Source: a virus. From it: a stretch of 64,000 bases of DNA. The notes under the pieces are model-generated. The model had not been told where the DNA came from and did no database searches. It was given only the letters and a program-made list of their open reading frames with translations. The position numbers and the translations under genes are program-made. Where the stretch lies: the IMG/VR virus record IMGVR_UViG_3300027754_000042; one strand, given 5' to 3'. Each line of letters starts with the position of its first letter. Position 1 is the first letter of the stretch. Below, piece after piece: positions 45,353-55,151 of this stretch.

Positions 45353-47383
45353 ATGTCTATTGATAAGAAAGCATTTGGTCTTAGCGATTCGCTAATCAGT
45401 GCGGTAAGCGAAGCACTCAAGGGTGGTCAAGTCAAAATCGACAAGAACCACAACGGCAAGATTGATGGGCAAGATTTCAAGATGCTCCGTAAGGAAGAAA
45501 TTGTTGATGAAGGAAATCCTGCTAATAAGGAAAAGAAGAACGCAGCTGCGGCGGCTGTCGGTGCTAAGAACAGAGATAGTCAGTACCTAAGCAGAATGAA
45601 TCCATCTGTGGCTGATAAGATTCGTGGTCGCGAAAAGATGTCAGGCAATGATCGTAAGCAGTTCGAAGAAGTCGAGCAGGTTGACGAGAAGGCCGTATCA
45701 AAGGCTCAGCAACATGCAGCTGGCGCAGCACTTGCTACACAGCGCGGTGAGTATGATGGTGGCAAGAAGGGCGGCGCAATCAACCGCATGGCTTCTATGA
45801 AGACTTCAGAGCTTCGTAAGTTTGCTGGTACAAAGACAAAGAGCCTTCCTACACACAAGGAAGAAGTCGAGCAGGTAGACGAGCTATCAAAGAAGACCAT
45901 GGGTTCGTATATTAAGAAGGCTTCACATGATGTGGCAACTAAGTCTGCTGCAACTGGTCGTTATGCTGATCGTGCCAATGCGGTTAAGGATCAGATGAAG
46001 AAGGGCGACTATTCAAATTACCAGCAAGGTAAGAAGGATGATGCAACCGCTGATAAGATGTTCAACAAGTCATGGAAGCGCCGCGCGGGTATCGCTAAGG
46101 CTACCGACAAACTAACTAAGGAAGAAGCCGAGCAGGTAGACGAGCTTTCAAAGGCTACTCTTGGTTCTTATGTAAACAAATCAGCAGCAAGTCTCGGAAA
46201 GGCTGGTTACAACGCCGGCAGTACCGATGGCACTGCGGCTAAGTTGGATCCACACATTCATACTATAAACAAGAGATCAGCTGGCATCAAAAGAGCTGTA
46301 GGTAAATTGGCTAAAGAAGACACTCAAATTGATGAGCTATCAACTGATACATACCACAGCGCAGCACACAAGGCTGCTAAGAAAGCTATGGGTGATGCTC
46401 AGGGTCGTTCTGGTCCTATCTTCAAGAAGTATGCTGGAATGGCTAATAAGTTCCGTGATAAGGGTATGGATCAGGAGAAGAAAGAGAAGGCGTCTAAGGA
46501 TGCTAAGTCTGCAAAGATGAAAGCCTATCGTGCTGATCGTGATAAGAATATGGAAGAAGAGATTCAGATTGATGAAATCTCGAAAGGAACTCTTGCATCT
46601 TATGGTTATAAGGCCGGTAGACAAATGCAAGGTAATCAACCATCTGATCCTGATAAGTTTCGTAAGCGCACCAATCGTGAAAAGGGTTCTAAGTTGGCTT
46701 ACGGTAAGTATTACGGCCACAAGGTAAAGGTTCCTGCTACTGAAGAAGTAGAATCTGTTGATGAACTATCAAAAAATACTCTTGGTAATTATGCTCTAGC
46801 AGGAGTAAGAGACATTGCTTCTCGTCAGTATGCTCTTGGTAAAGGCGACAAATCTAATACAGGCAAGCTTATGAATCGTCGTAAAGGCGTTGATAAAGCA
46901 ATCAGTAAACTTACTAAAGAAGAGACTGATCCAGGATTTGCTGAAGCTAAGACCATGACTAAAGTGAAGACAACAAAAGACATTGGGTATAAGGTTGTCG
47001 ATGTTGGTCCTGGTCAAAAAGAGAAAATAGTGAAGGCACACAATTGGACTGAGCCAAAAAAGAAGTTACCTAATGGAGCAGATTATGCGGCACAAAGACG
47101 CAAAGAGAGACTTGCTGCTAATGGTCGTATGGATGAAGCCACTGAGAATCCAATGGCAAAGCAATTGGCTGCAAAGAAGGCTGCGATTCAGAAGACAATC
47201 GTTCAGAAGAAAATGCAGGTTATGCAGTCTAAAGCTAATAAGCAAATGTCTTCAATGAAAGAGGGTAAATGCTCTTGCACTGAAGGTAAAAAGTCTATGA
47301 CATGTGAGACACACGGTGATAAAGCAAAGGGAATGAAGGGTGGCAAAGAGCCAATCCTAATGAACCCACCACTCAGAGACTAA
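45353..47383 (+). CDS. Lys/Glu-rich repeat polyprotein, probable internal head protein
   Basis: Five (E/Q)(V/I)DE(L/I)S..T..(S/N)Y-type units separated by acidic junctions. Confidence 0.7.
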   Translation: MSIDKKAFGLSDSLISAVSEALKGGQVKIDKNHNGKIDGQDFKMLRKEEIVDEGNPANKEKKNAAAAAVGAKNRDSQYLSRMNPSVADKIRGREKMSGNDRKQFEEVEQVDEKAVSKAQQHAAGAALATQRGEYDGGKKGGAINRMASMKTSELRKFAGTKTKSLPTHKEEVEQVDELSKKTMGSYIKKASHDVATKSAATGRYADRANAVKDQMKKGDYSNYQQGKKDDATADKMFNKSWKRRAGIAKATDKLTKEEAEQVDELSKATLGSYVNKSAASLGKAGYNAGSTDGTAAKLDPHIHTINKRSAGIKRAVGKLAKEDTQIDELSTDTYHSAAHKAAKKAMGDAQGRSGPIFKKYAGMANKFRDKGMDQEKKEKASKDAKSAKMKAYRADRDKNMEEEIQIDEISKGTLASYGYKAGRQMQGNQPSDPDKFRKRTNREKGSKLAYGKYYGHKVKVPATEEVESVDELSKNTLGNYALAGVRDIASRQYALGKGDKSNTGKLMNRRKGVDKAISKLTKEETDPGFAEAKTMTKVKTTKDIGYKVVDVGPGQKEKIVKAHNWTEPKKKLPNGADYAAQRRKERLAANGRMDEATENPMAKQLAAKKAAIQKTIVQKKMQVMQSKANKQMSSMKEGKCSCTEGKKSMTCETHGDKAKGMKGGKEPILMNPPLRD

Positions 47384-47452
47384 ATAGGGTATAGCGAATA
47401 AAATCTATATTATGCCGAGTAGTCACAACGAAAAGCGAAAAGGAATAAGAAA

Positions 47453-48199
47453 ATGGCACTATGGGGTTTTAGTAGAGAAAGCACACAGGTAGCTTCCGGA
47501 GCAAATACGGAAGCTGCTATCCGCAAAGGTTATCGCCCACTTCCACTAGCAGGCGGTATTGGTCACTCATTTGATTTACCAGATGGTGGTAGTTATGCAA
47601 ACAAGCGTAACGTCATCGCAACATCTGCTGGATGGGTTCGTCGCACCAATCGCGTATCAGATGGCAATCAACGTCAGTTTGATGAAATTTTGGTTGCAGC
47701 AAATCCAGGCAGTGGATTTAGATATACATCTAATACATTTCTTGGTAGTCCAGACATTGTAGAAATCTTCGTGAAGCTAAATGCTAACGGAGTTATTTCT
47801 GCAAACGCATCTGGTGCTAACCTATATGTTGTGTTTAATATGCCAGTTCATAAGCGCCCATCAGGTAACCTTATGTCAATTAGCATTGCAAACACTGCTG
47901 GTGGTAACAACGCAGTTGCTCGTATCACAGCAGCTTCGGCCGCTCGTGCAAACGTGGCCAATAACGTAATGATCTTCACTCTACCTGCAATGCGTGGTGG
48001 TGTTGGTTCTGCGAAGGCTACATATCATGTGAACGCACAATCAATCTCAGTAACCGGTGGTGGTAATCCACTTTATAATCCAGACTTCGGTGTTACGATT
48101 ACAGCTAACCTTGTAATCACAGGCGCAGTTGCTAACAATCTTACTCGCTTCAACGGCGAGCGTATTACCAACTTCACAGTATCACCAGGCGGACGCTAA
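47453..48199 (+). CDS. Virion structural protein
   Basis: MALWG start, GWV motif and Ala/Asn/Thr-rich beta composition. Confidence 0.6.
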   Translation: MALWGFSRESTQVASGANTEAAIRKGYRPLPLAGGIGHSFDLPDGGSYANKRNVIATSAGWVRRTNRVSDGNQRQFDEILVAANPGSGFRYTSNTFLGSPDIVEIFVKLNANGVISANASGANLYVVFNMPVHKRPSGNLMSISIANTAGGNNAVARITAASAARANVANNVMIFTLPAMRGGVGSAKATYHVNAQSISVTGGGNPLYNPDFGVTITANLVITGAVANNLTRFNGERITNFTVSPGGR

Positions 48200-48220
48200 T
48201 AAAGGATCGGGAGCTGAATA

Positions 48221-48601
48221 ATGGCTGACAAGAAAGTATCTCAACTACCATCAGCGACAACGGCTGCATCTCCCGATTTGCTCCTGATTGTTACTGACGC
48301 TAATGGAACACCTACATCTAAACAGATTACTGTAAAGAAGCTATTTGGTGCAGTTCCATCCAACACCGTGTTCAGTGGGTCAACACTCACTGTACGCGCA
48401 CGTACCACAACTACAGCAAACGTCAATGTTACAAAAACTCTCACTGCAAATATTGTCAACGTCACATTAGGTAGCACACCAGCTTCCAATAATGCGACAA
48501 CTGTTGGTATGGCTGTAGGAGAGATGCGTTTCACTAATACATATATCTACATTGCAGTCAACGCAACTACCATAAAGAGAGTTGCGCTTAATACATTTTG
48601 A
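48221..48601 (+). CDS. Virion structural / fibre-like protein
   Basis: MADKKVSQL N-terminus; GEMRF...YIYIAV...KRVAL C-terminus. Confidence 0.65.
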   Translation: MADKKVSQLPSATTAASPDLLLIVTDANGTPTSKQITVKKLFGAVPSNTVFSGSTLTVRARTTTTANVNVTKTLTANIVNVTLGSTPASNNATTVGMAVGEMRFTNTYIYIAVNATTIKRVALNTF

Positions 48602-48609
48602 GGTGTGAT

Positions 48610-49053
48610 TTGATTCATAAGGTAATTGAGTTTCTTTTAGATAATGGCGCCGAAGAAAATAATCACAGCCAAAGATCCTTATTAGAGCATCTAACCGGTA
48701 CAGCAAGTTTACTTATGGACTGGGGATGTTCTAGTGACGTTGTATATGCTGGATTGTGTCACTCAATTTATGGTACAGATTCATATCATACGGTTACCAT
48801 AGATCCATCAAAGCGCGATGAAGTCCGTGCCTTGATCGGAGAGAAAGCAGAAGCATTAGCGTGGGAGTTCGGCAATCGCAAGAACCCACGCATTGTTTCG
48901 TTTATACAAAACCAAGAAACAGATTTAGTTGTTATTGAGTGCGCGAACCTTATAGAGCAGAAAGTTGAGCCACACCATTTGGCTGCTGCTCTTGCTATAT
49001 CATTACCACATGAAGTTCGCAAGAGCGTAATCAATTATTTAAAGGTCTACTAA
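48610..49053 (+). CDS. HD-like domain protein (DUF6817-like)
   Basis: HS.RSLLEHL.GT...AGLCHSIYGT; TTG start after GAGGTG. Confidence 0.65.
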   Translation: MIHKVIEFLLDNGAEENNHSQRSLLEHLTGTASLLMDWGCSSDVVYAGLCHSIYGTDSYHTVTIDPSKRDEVRALIGEKAEALAWEFGNRKNPRIVSFIQNQETDLVVIECANLIEQKVEPHHLAAALAISLPHEVRKSVINYLKVY

Positions 49054-49436
49054 TGGTCGGTGCAACAGAAAGAATCGAAGCTGCTATAGACAAGCTCACT
49101 GATATTTCCAGTGATCTAAAGGCTATGATTGCAGTTCAAGAAGCCAGACTGACTCAGCACGAAAAGCAAGCTGAGGTTATTGAAACCAAATTGGAAAAAC
49201 GTCGTGAAGAATTGGATCAGAAATTGAAAGATGTTTATGATACGATCCGCACACAAGACAAAGCCATATTAGACGAAATAAAAGCAGTAAGAGAAGAACA
49301 AAATAAACATTATGCATGTTTGAATGAAAAGATAGCTGCTATTCAGAAATACATATGGATGGCTATTGGAGGTGGTACTGTACTTGGCTATGGGTTTTCG
49401 TTTATAGCCACATTTTTTAAGGTACTTGGGCACTAA
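49053..49436 (+). CDS. Coiled-coil protein with a C-terminal TM helix
   Basis: Heptad pattern followed by a hydrophobic WMAIGGG segment. Confidence 0.6.
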   Translation: MVGATERIEAAIDKLTDISSDLKAMIAVQEARLTQHEKQAEVIETKLEKRREELDQKLKDVYDTIRTQDKAILDEIKAVREEQNKHYACLNEKIAAIQKYIWMAIGGGTVLGYGFSFIATFFKVLGH

Positions 49437-49447
49437 GTGAAAGAGAT

Positions 49448-49837
49448 ATGAAAGGTACCTTGGACGAATCAAATTTTTTTCTGTTTGCCGCAAAGCATTA
49501 TACCAATCCGTGCATTGACGAAATAGAGTTCAACGAAGACCTAGATAGAATTAAAAATCTGCGTCGATTGTTTAATCGCTATGAAAAGAAAGGTGAGTTG
49601 AAGGAACGGTTGATACTGAATCACTTGGTGGTTCTTTACAATGTGTTTGAGCCAGAAGCTTTGACGCGAATGCTGACATTTAAGTTATATGATTACCTTG
49701 AGTATCTAAAACCATTCTTGTTGTTATTGAATTATTGGCCCGAAAATGTGTACGGCATTGGTCAAAGAAACGAGACAATTAGATCCACGGACGTTATGAT
49801 GGATCGTCAAATAATGGATGTTCTAAGGAAAATCTAA
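49448..49837 (+). CDS. Conserved T4-like hypothetical protein
   Basis: FAAKHYTNP...LKERLILNHLVVLYNVF. Confidence 0.75.
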   Translation: MKGTLDESNFFLFAAKHYTNPCIDEIEFNEDLDRIKNLRRLFNRYEKKGELKERLILNHLVVLYNVFEPEALTRMLTFKLYDYLEYLKPFLLLLNYWPENVYGIGQRNETIRSTDVMMDRQIMDVLRKI

Positions 49838-50169
49838 TGAGCGAAATCAAAGAAGATGCTCCAGGAAATGCCACAGGCGCAGCAGTCGCAGGCACAGGTG
49901 GCGGTGTTCATTGGAGTAAGAGACAACCAAAATTGGGCCTCAAAGGTACCATGAAAAAGTATGGGCAACCCATACTGTTCAAGACCCTTCGTCGTAAAGC
50001 TATAAAAGAAGCCAGACGCACAGAAGTGGATTACCAGCATGAATTAGATCGTAAGAAAGATGCTGGTGCAAATGAATCAAAATCCGTATATTACAAAGTC
50101 TTAAAGAAGCGTTTGCCTGCGGTCAGTCGCACAAGCGCAATGGGAGACGGTTCAGACGGGAGCGAGTAA
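49837..50169 (+). CDS. Hypothetical protein
   Basis: Start and stop overlap both neighbours; EDAPGNATG motif. Confidence 0.6.
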   Translation: MSEIKEDAPGNATGAAVAGTGGGVHWSKRQPKLGLKGTMKKYGQPILFKTLRRKAIKEARRTEVDYQHELDRKKDAGANESKSVYYKVLKKRLPAVSRTSAMGDGSDGSE

Positions 50170-50642
50170 TGGGTATAGGTATCAAAGTCGCAATAGCGGC
50201 AATTCTTTTTTCCATCGTATCAGGTGGGTATTTCTACATTCAAGCATTAGAAGGTAAGTTAGAGGCTGCTGCGGAAGTTCAGCAGCGCATGGAAGGTGTT
50301 ATCAATCAGCAAAAAGCACAGATGGATAGGCAGAATGAAGATATCCAGAAGATGCAGGAAATCAACACCGAAATAACCAAAGACTTTATCAAGACACAAC
50401 AGGAAGCATCTGACCTTCGCTCGAAGGTTGCAGCGCCAAGACTAACAGCCGCGTCTATCGCAAATGCTGATGATGTTCAAATGAAAATCAACCGTGGCAC
50501 AAAAGCAGCGTTTCGTTGTAATGCGATTGCTACAGGTTCACCCTTGACAAAAGACGAGCGTTCTGGTACTATGAAAAATGCAATATGTCCAGAATTAATT
50601 TCTTCTCTTATGCCTAAGGGAGTGGCTGCAAATGCAAAATAA
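50169..50642 (+). CDS. Putative inner-membrane spanin (Rz-like)
   Basis: N-terminal TM helix, periplasmic coiled coil and a Cys pair; overlaps a lipoprotein gene. Confidence 0.7.
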   Translation: MGIGIKVAIAAILFSIVSGGYFYIQALEGKLEAAAEVQQRMEGVINQQKAQMDRQNEDIQKMQEINTEITKDFIKTQQEASDLRSKVAAPRLTAASIANADDVQMKINRGTKAAFRCNAIATGSPLTKDERSGTMKNAICPELISSLMPKGVAANAK

Positions 50643-50991
50643 AATCTTACTGCTATGCGCTACACTATTGTTGGCGGGTTGCAATTCAACACCCAAGGTA
50701 TTTGATAAGCCAGTTCTGATTGATCGCCCAGAACTTATTCTACCAACGGTAATGCCAGCCACACAAAACGATGTGGAGTGGATTGTTCTCACACCAAACA
50801 ATATCGAAGCTAAGATAAAAGAAATGGCTGCCAGTGGTGGTCCAGTTGTACTATTTGCTGTGACACCTGCAGGCTATGAAACTCTTGCAATCAATGCGGC
50901 TGAGATGCGCCGCTATGTTGTACAACAAAATACCATAATTGCTGGCTACAAAAAATACTACCGTAACTACAAGCTAGAGGCTCAGAAATAA
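50632..50991 (+). CDS. Putative outer-membrane spanin lipoprotein (Rz1-like)
   Basis: Lipobox LLAGC followed by a Pro-rich segment. Confidence 0.7.
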   Translation: MQNKILLLCATLLLAGCNSTPKVFDKPVLIDRPELILPTVMPATQNDVEWIVLTPNNIEAKIKEMAASGGPVVLFAVTPAGYETLAINAAEMRRYVVQQNTIIAGYKKYYRNYKLEAQK

Positions 50992-50992
50992 C

Positions 50993-51021
50993 TTGACTAG
51001 TGCGATAATTCTGATTATAAT
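50993..51021 (+). promoter_or_regulatory. Sigma70 promoter of primase (likely leaderless)
   Basis: TTGACT-N17-TATAAT ending 6 nt before ATG 51028. Confidence 0.75.
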
Positions 51022-51027
51022 GAACCT

Positions 51028-52032
51028 ATGTCTAATATCACTGATTCGAAATACATAGCCCTCATCTCTCCCAAACTCTTGGTATTCAAGAAGAAGGGCG
51101 GCGCATATAATTTTCGTTGTCCTTTCTGTGGCGATTCCCAGAAAAACAAATACAAAGCCCGAGGCTATCTTTTTCCAAAGAAAGATGGCTACATATTCAA
51201 ATGTCACAACTGCGATCTAGGTACCTCACTGTACAAGGTGATTGATACCATTGATCCTAATCTCGCTCGCGCATACAAGCTGGAATCATTCAAGGAACGT
51301 GGCTTAGGTAACGAGCCATTGCAGTTCTCTATTCCAGATGTTCGCAAAGAAATCATAACCAAGACAGTTCTGGATGATATGCTGATAAAGATCAAGGATC
51401 TTCCGTCAGATCATTTTGCTGTGCAATATGTCAAGGGTCGCAAGATACCAAAGGATCGTTACGACGATCTATATTTCGCACGGGATATGAAAGCCCTAGA
51501 AACACTTAACCCTGCATATGAGGGCCGCCTGGTATCAGATGCTCGCCTTGTCATACCGTTTCGTAATGCGAATGGTAAACTAACAGGCGTGTCTGGGCGT
51601 GCGCTCGGTACATCCACACTCCGATATGTCACTATGCGTATTGAAGACGAAGCCCTTGTCTATGGGCTCGATAAGGTAGATACAACAAAAACTATATACG
51701 TTGTAGAAGGTCCCATCGACAGCATGTTCTTACCGAACGCAATTGCTGCTGGTGGCACCGACTTCACACGCGCGGTACGAAGCATTCCTACCGATCGTGT
51801 GGTACTTGTATTTGATAATCAACCGCGTAATCCACAGGTCGTAAAGAAAGTTGAATCATTTGTCGCTGGTGGGTACGGGGTCGTCATCTGGCCAGATCAC
51901 TGGAAATATAAAGATATAAATGAAGCAATTATTGATGGTTTGTCGCCAGAAGCAATTCACTCTATAATAAATACAGCTACGCATACTGGCTTGTCTCTCA
52001 AGCTTGCGATACGTTCCTGGAAAAAGTGTTGA
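51028..52032 (+). CDS. gp61: DNA primase gp61
   Basis: CPFCGDS...CHNC zinc finger; VEGPIDSMF TOPRIM; KDINE. Confidence 0.96.
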   Translation: MSNITDSKYIALISPKLLVFKKKGGAYNFRCPFCGDSQKNKYKARGYLFPKKDGYIFKCHNCDLGTSLYKVIDTIDPNLARAYKLESFKERGLGNEPLQFSIPDVRKEIITKTVLDDMLIKIKDLPSDHFAVQYVKGRKIPKDRYDDLYFARDMKALETLNPAYEGRLVSDARLVIPFRNANGKLTGVSGRALGTSTLRYVTMRIEDEALVYGLDKVDTTKTIYVVEGPIDSMFLPNAIAAGGTDFTRAVRSIPTDRVVLVFDNQPRNPQVVKKVESFVAGGYGVVIWPDHWKYKDINEAIIDGLSPEAIHSIINTATHTGLSLKLAIRSWKKC

Positions 52033-52093
52033 AATAGCCGAGAGCAATTCTCGGAACGATGCCGTTTGTTCAAAAAGAAAATTGGAGAATTAT

Positions 52094-54001
52094 ATGTCTA
52101 ACTCGTTACCTTCCCTCTATCAGCAGTTCATTCATCTATCAAGATATTCGAGGTTCATGTGGGATGAGGGGCGACGAGAAAGTTGGAGTGAAACGATCAG
52201 CCGCTTCTTTGATTTCTTTGAATCGCACCTGAAGACAAACCATGGTTATGATACTGCTCAGATTAGGGCCGAACTTGAAGATGCTGTTTTGTCTCTCAAG
52301 GTCATGCCATCTATGCGTTGCATTATGACTGCTGGTGAAGCATTGAAGCGCGAGAATATCGCAGCTTACAATTGCTCTTATGTTGCTGTGAATAGCCCAC
52401 GGTCATTTGATGAGATCCTTTATATTCTTATGAATGGTACAGGCGTTGGATTCTCTGTAGAGTCCAAAGACGTAGAACAACTCCCCATCGTTTCCGAAGA
52501 TTTTCATAACACCGATACCACAATCGTAGTTGCTGATTCAAAGCTTGGTTGGGCTAAGTCGCTCAAGGAGCTTATCGGTATGCTTTATGTTGGGCAAATT
52601 CCTCAGTGGGATGTGTCTAAGGTTCGTGCTGCTGGTACACCACTAAAGACGTTCGGTGGGCGTGCATCTGGCCCTGAGCCGCTTGAGGCTCTCTTCAAGT
52701 TCTGCGTAGAAACATTCAAGAAGGCCGCTGGTCGTCGTCTAAACACATTGGAAGCCCATGATATCGTTTGTAAGATTGCTGATATTGTCGTTGTCGGTGG
52801 TGTTCGTCGCTCCGCTCTTATTAGTCTCTCTGACTTGTCTGATGACCGTATGCGCGTGGCAAAATCTGGTCAATGGTGGATGGACCAATCACAGCGAGCA
52901 TTAGCTAATAACTCAGCGGTCTATAAAGAAAAGCCTGATATGGGTCTTTTCATGGAAGAGTGGAAGTCTCTCTATGAATCAAAGTCTGGTGAGCGCGGTA
53001 TCTTCAATCGTGCGAGCGCGAAGGCTACAGTTATCAAGCATGGTCGTCGTAACCCTGATTATGATTTTGGTACCAATCCATGTTCCGAGATTATCTTGCG
53101 CGACAAGGAATTCTGCAATCTATCCGAAGTTGTTGTGCGCGATACTGACACGATGGAAACTCTCAAGGAGAAGGTCTATTGGGCTACCATTCTTGGTACA
53201 TGGCAGTCAACACTAACTGGATTTAAATATCTATCATCATCTTGGAAGCGCAACTGCGAAGAAGAGCGTTTGCTCGGTGTGTCAATGACAGGAATCATGG
53301 ACAATGACCTCACAAATGGAAAACTCCCAGGAATTGAAGGCCGCTTGGCAGAGCTTCGTGAAATTGCAGTCGCCACGAATGCAAAGTTTGCTAAAGAATT
53401 GGGTATTCCGCAATCTGCTGCTGTTACCTGTGTTAAGCCTTCTGGGACTGTTTCTCAGCTTACTGATGCTGCTTCCGGTATTCATGCTCGTCATAATCCT
53501 TATTATATCCGCACCGTTCGTGCTGATAAGAAAGATCCACTGGCTGCTCTCATGATTGATGCTGGCATTCCAGTTGAAGATTGTGCGATGCGCCCTAATA
53601 ATGTTTATGTGTTCTCGTTCCCAATGAAGGCACCAGAGAATTCGGTATTCCGTACAGATATGTCGGCTATTGAACAGCTTGAACTGTGGGTCACTTATCA
53701 GGATCATTGGTGCGAACATAAGCCTTCGGTTACCATTTCTGTCAAGGAACACGAATGGCTTGAAGTTGGTGCTTGGGTCTATAAGCATTTTGACAAGATG
53801 TCAGGCGTGTCATTTCTTCCATTCTCTGACCATGTGTACAAGCAAGCACCATATCAAGACTGCACAAAGGAAGAATACGAGGCCTTCGCTGCTAAGATGC
53901 CTAAGGTAATTGATTGGTCTCGTCTTGGTCAATATGAAAAGACAGATAATACCACTGGTGCACAAGAATTAGCGTGTGTTGCAGGAGGCTGTGAAATCTA
54001 A
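52094..54001 (+). CDS. nrdJ: Class II (B12-dependent, monomeric-type) ribonucleotide reductase
   Basis: Motifs YNCSY, GGVRRSA, TNPCSEI, VKPSGTVS and C-terminal CVAGGCEI; no beta subunit gene nearby. Confidence 0.92.
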   Translation: MSNSLPSLYQQFIHLSRYSRFMWDEGRRESWSETISRFFDFFESHLKTNHGYDTAQIRAELEDAVLSLKVMPSMRCIMTAGEALKRENIAAYNCSYVAVNSPRSFDEILYILMNGTGVGFSVESKDVEQLPIVSEDFHNTDTTIVVADSKLGWAKSLKELIGMLYVGQIPQWDVSKVRAAGTPLKTFGGRASGPEPLEALFKFCVETFKKAAGRRLNTLEAHDIVCKIADIVVVGGVRRSALISLSDLSDDRMRVAKSGQWWMDQSQRALANNSAVYKEKPDMGLFMEEWKSLYESKSGERGIFNRASAKATVIKHGRRNPDYDFGTNPCSEIILRDKEFCNLSEVVVRDTDTMETLKEKVYWATILGTWQSTLTGFKYLSSSWKRNCEEERLLGVSMTGIMDNDLTNGKLPGIEGRLAELREIAVATNAKFAKELGIPQSAAVTCVKPSGTVSQLTDAASGIHARHNPYYIRTVRADKKDPLAALMIDAGIPVEDCAMRPNNVYVFSFPMKAPENSVFRTDMSAIEQLELWVTYQDHWCEHKPSVTISVKEHEWLEVGAWVYKHFDKMSGVSFLPFSDHVYKQAPYQDCTKEEYEAFAAKMPKVIDWSRLGQYEKTDNTTGAQELACVAGGCEI

Positions 54002-54156
54002 TGCCAGATAGAGATATTAGATGCCCTTGCGGCGAATATGAGTATACCGTTTCGTATGAGAAGAATGGTAAGAAAGACGAACCATCATTCTGCGCCTTTT
54101 GTGGCGCAGATGTAGAAGACGCGAAGATTGAAGAACTCGAGGAAGATGAGGAGTAA
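54001..54156 (+). CDS. Small zinc-ribbon protein (51 aa, below the track cutoff)
   Basis: MPDRDIRCPCGE...FCAFCG with an acidic tail; overlaps the nrdJ stop. Confidence 0.7.
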   Translation: MPDRDIRCPCGEYEYTVSYEKNGKKDEPSFCAFCGADVEDAKIEELEEDEE

Positions 54157-54159
54157 ATT

Positions 54160-54450
54160 ATGAAACAGTGGTTATATTATGGTTGGGTAACATTCAAACA
54201 TTGGTTTCTCTTTACATCGTGGACAATTTTCCACAGTAAAGAGGACCGAGCAGAACTGATAAAGCTGTACAATGAAAGGCTTTTTCAGAAGAAGCAGATG
54301 GCAATATATGTTGCATATCTTGGTCGATTGGCAAAATATGATGAAATCGAAGACTTTACCGGTCTAGATTTGTATATCGGTGATTTAAAAGCCGATAGGT
54401 TTGATCTCGTAGACGAGTACTACAAAGCTAAGGAAAAGAAAGAAGAATAA
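54160..54450 (+). CDS. Hypothetical protein
   Basis: GAGGAG RBS; stop overlaps the next start. Confidence 0.6.
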   Translation: MKQWLYYGWVTFKHWFLFTSWTIFHSKEDRAELIKLYNERLFQKKQMAIYVAYLGRLAKYDEIEDFTGLDLYIGDLKADRFDLVDEYYKAKEKKEE

Positions 54451-55151
54451 TGATTTCATTCATCATACCATGCTATAACGAAGAAGCGCATATCAAAGAT
54501 TGCATACGTTCTATTCGTAAACATGTGTGGTACGTGCCGTATGAAATCATTGTGGTTGATAACAATTGCACCGACAAGACTGCTGAAATCGCAGAACTAG
54601 AAGGTGCTTTTGTTATCAAAGAATCTCGCAAGGGTGTTGTGTTTGCGAGACAAGCTGGCTATGAAGCTGCTAAAGGTTTTCTGATTGCTAACATTGATGC
54701 TGATTCAAAAATAACTGAAGGTTGGGTTTGGGAAGCATTGAGTTGCCTATCTAATGAAAATGTTGTCGCTGTAAGTGGGCCTCTTAAATATGACGGCGCT
54801 AGTTTGGGTTTAAGAATAATGACTAAGCTCTATTACTTGATTGCAAAACTCAGCAACGATTATATTGGTGTATTTCTTCAAGGTGGAAATGCTATGATTA
54901 AAAAATCTGCTCTAGATAAAGTTGGTGGGTATGATTTAAATATTGCTTTCTATGGTGAAGATACTATGACAGCAAAGCGGATTCAGCATCTTGGTAAAAT
55001 AGTATTTAATATGTACATGATTACCACGACCTCACCTAGACGACTTGAAGAGCAAGGCGTCCTCAAGACGACTTGGCTTTATTTGACTAACTATTTTTCC
55101 GTGACATTCAAAAATAAATCCACAACGAATGATTACAAGGATTATAGATGA
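54450..55151 (+). CDS. GT2 family glycosyltransferase
   Basis: Motifs IIPCYNEE, VVDNNCTD, IDAD, GED and TSPRR. Confidence 0.92.
   Translation: MISFIIPCYNEEAHIKDCIRSIRKHVWYVPYEIIVVDNNCTDKTAEIAELEGAFVIKESRKGVVFARQAGYEAAKGFLIANIDADSKITEGWVWEALSCLSNENVVAVSGPLKYDGASLGLRIMTKLYYLIAKLSNDYIGVFLQGGNAMIKKSALDKVGGYDLNIAFYGEDTMTAKRIQHLGKIVFNMYMITTTSPRRLEEQGVLKTTWLYLTNYFSVTFKNKSTTNDYKDYR

Noticed and set aside
45660-46800. Repeated DNA units as a CRISPR array
   Set aside because: The repeats are degenerate, in-frame and coding, with long irregular spacing and no cas genes.
31058-54001. Introns or inteins in gp43, gp41 or nrdJ
   Set aside because: All are uninterrupted and of normal length, with no splicing motifs seen.
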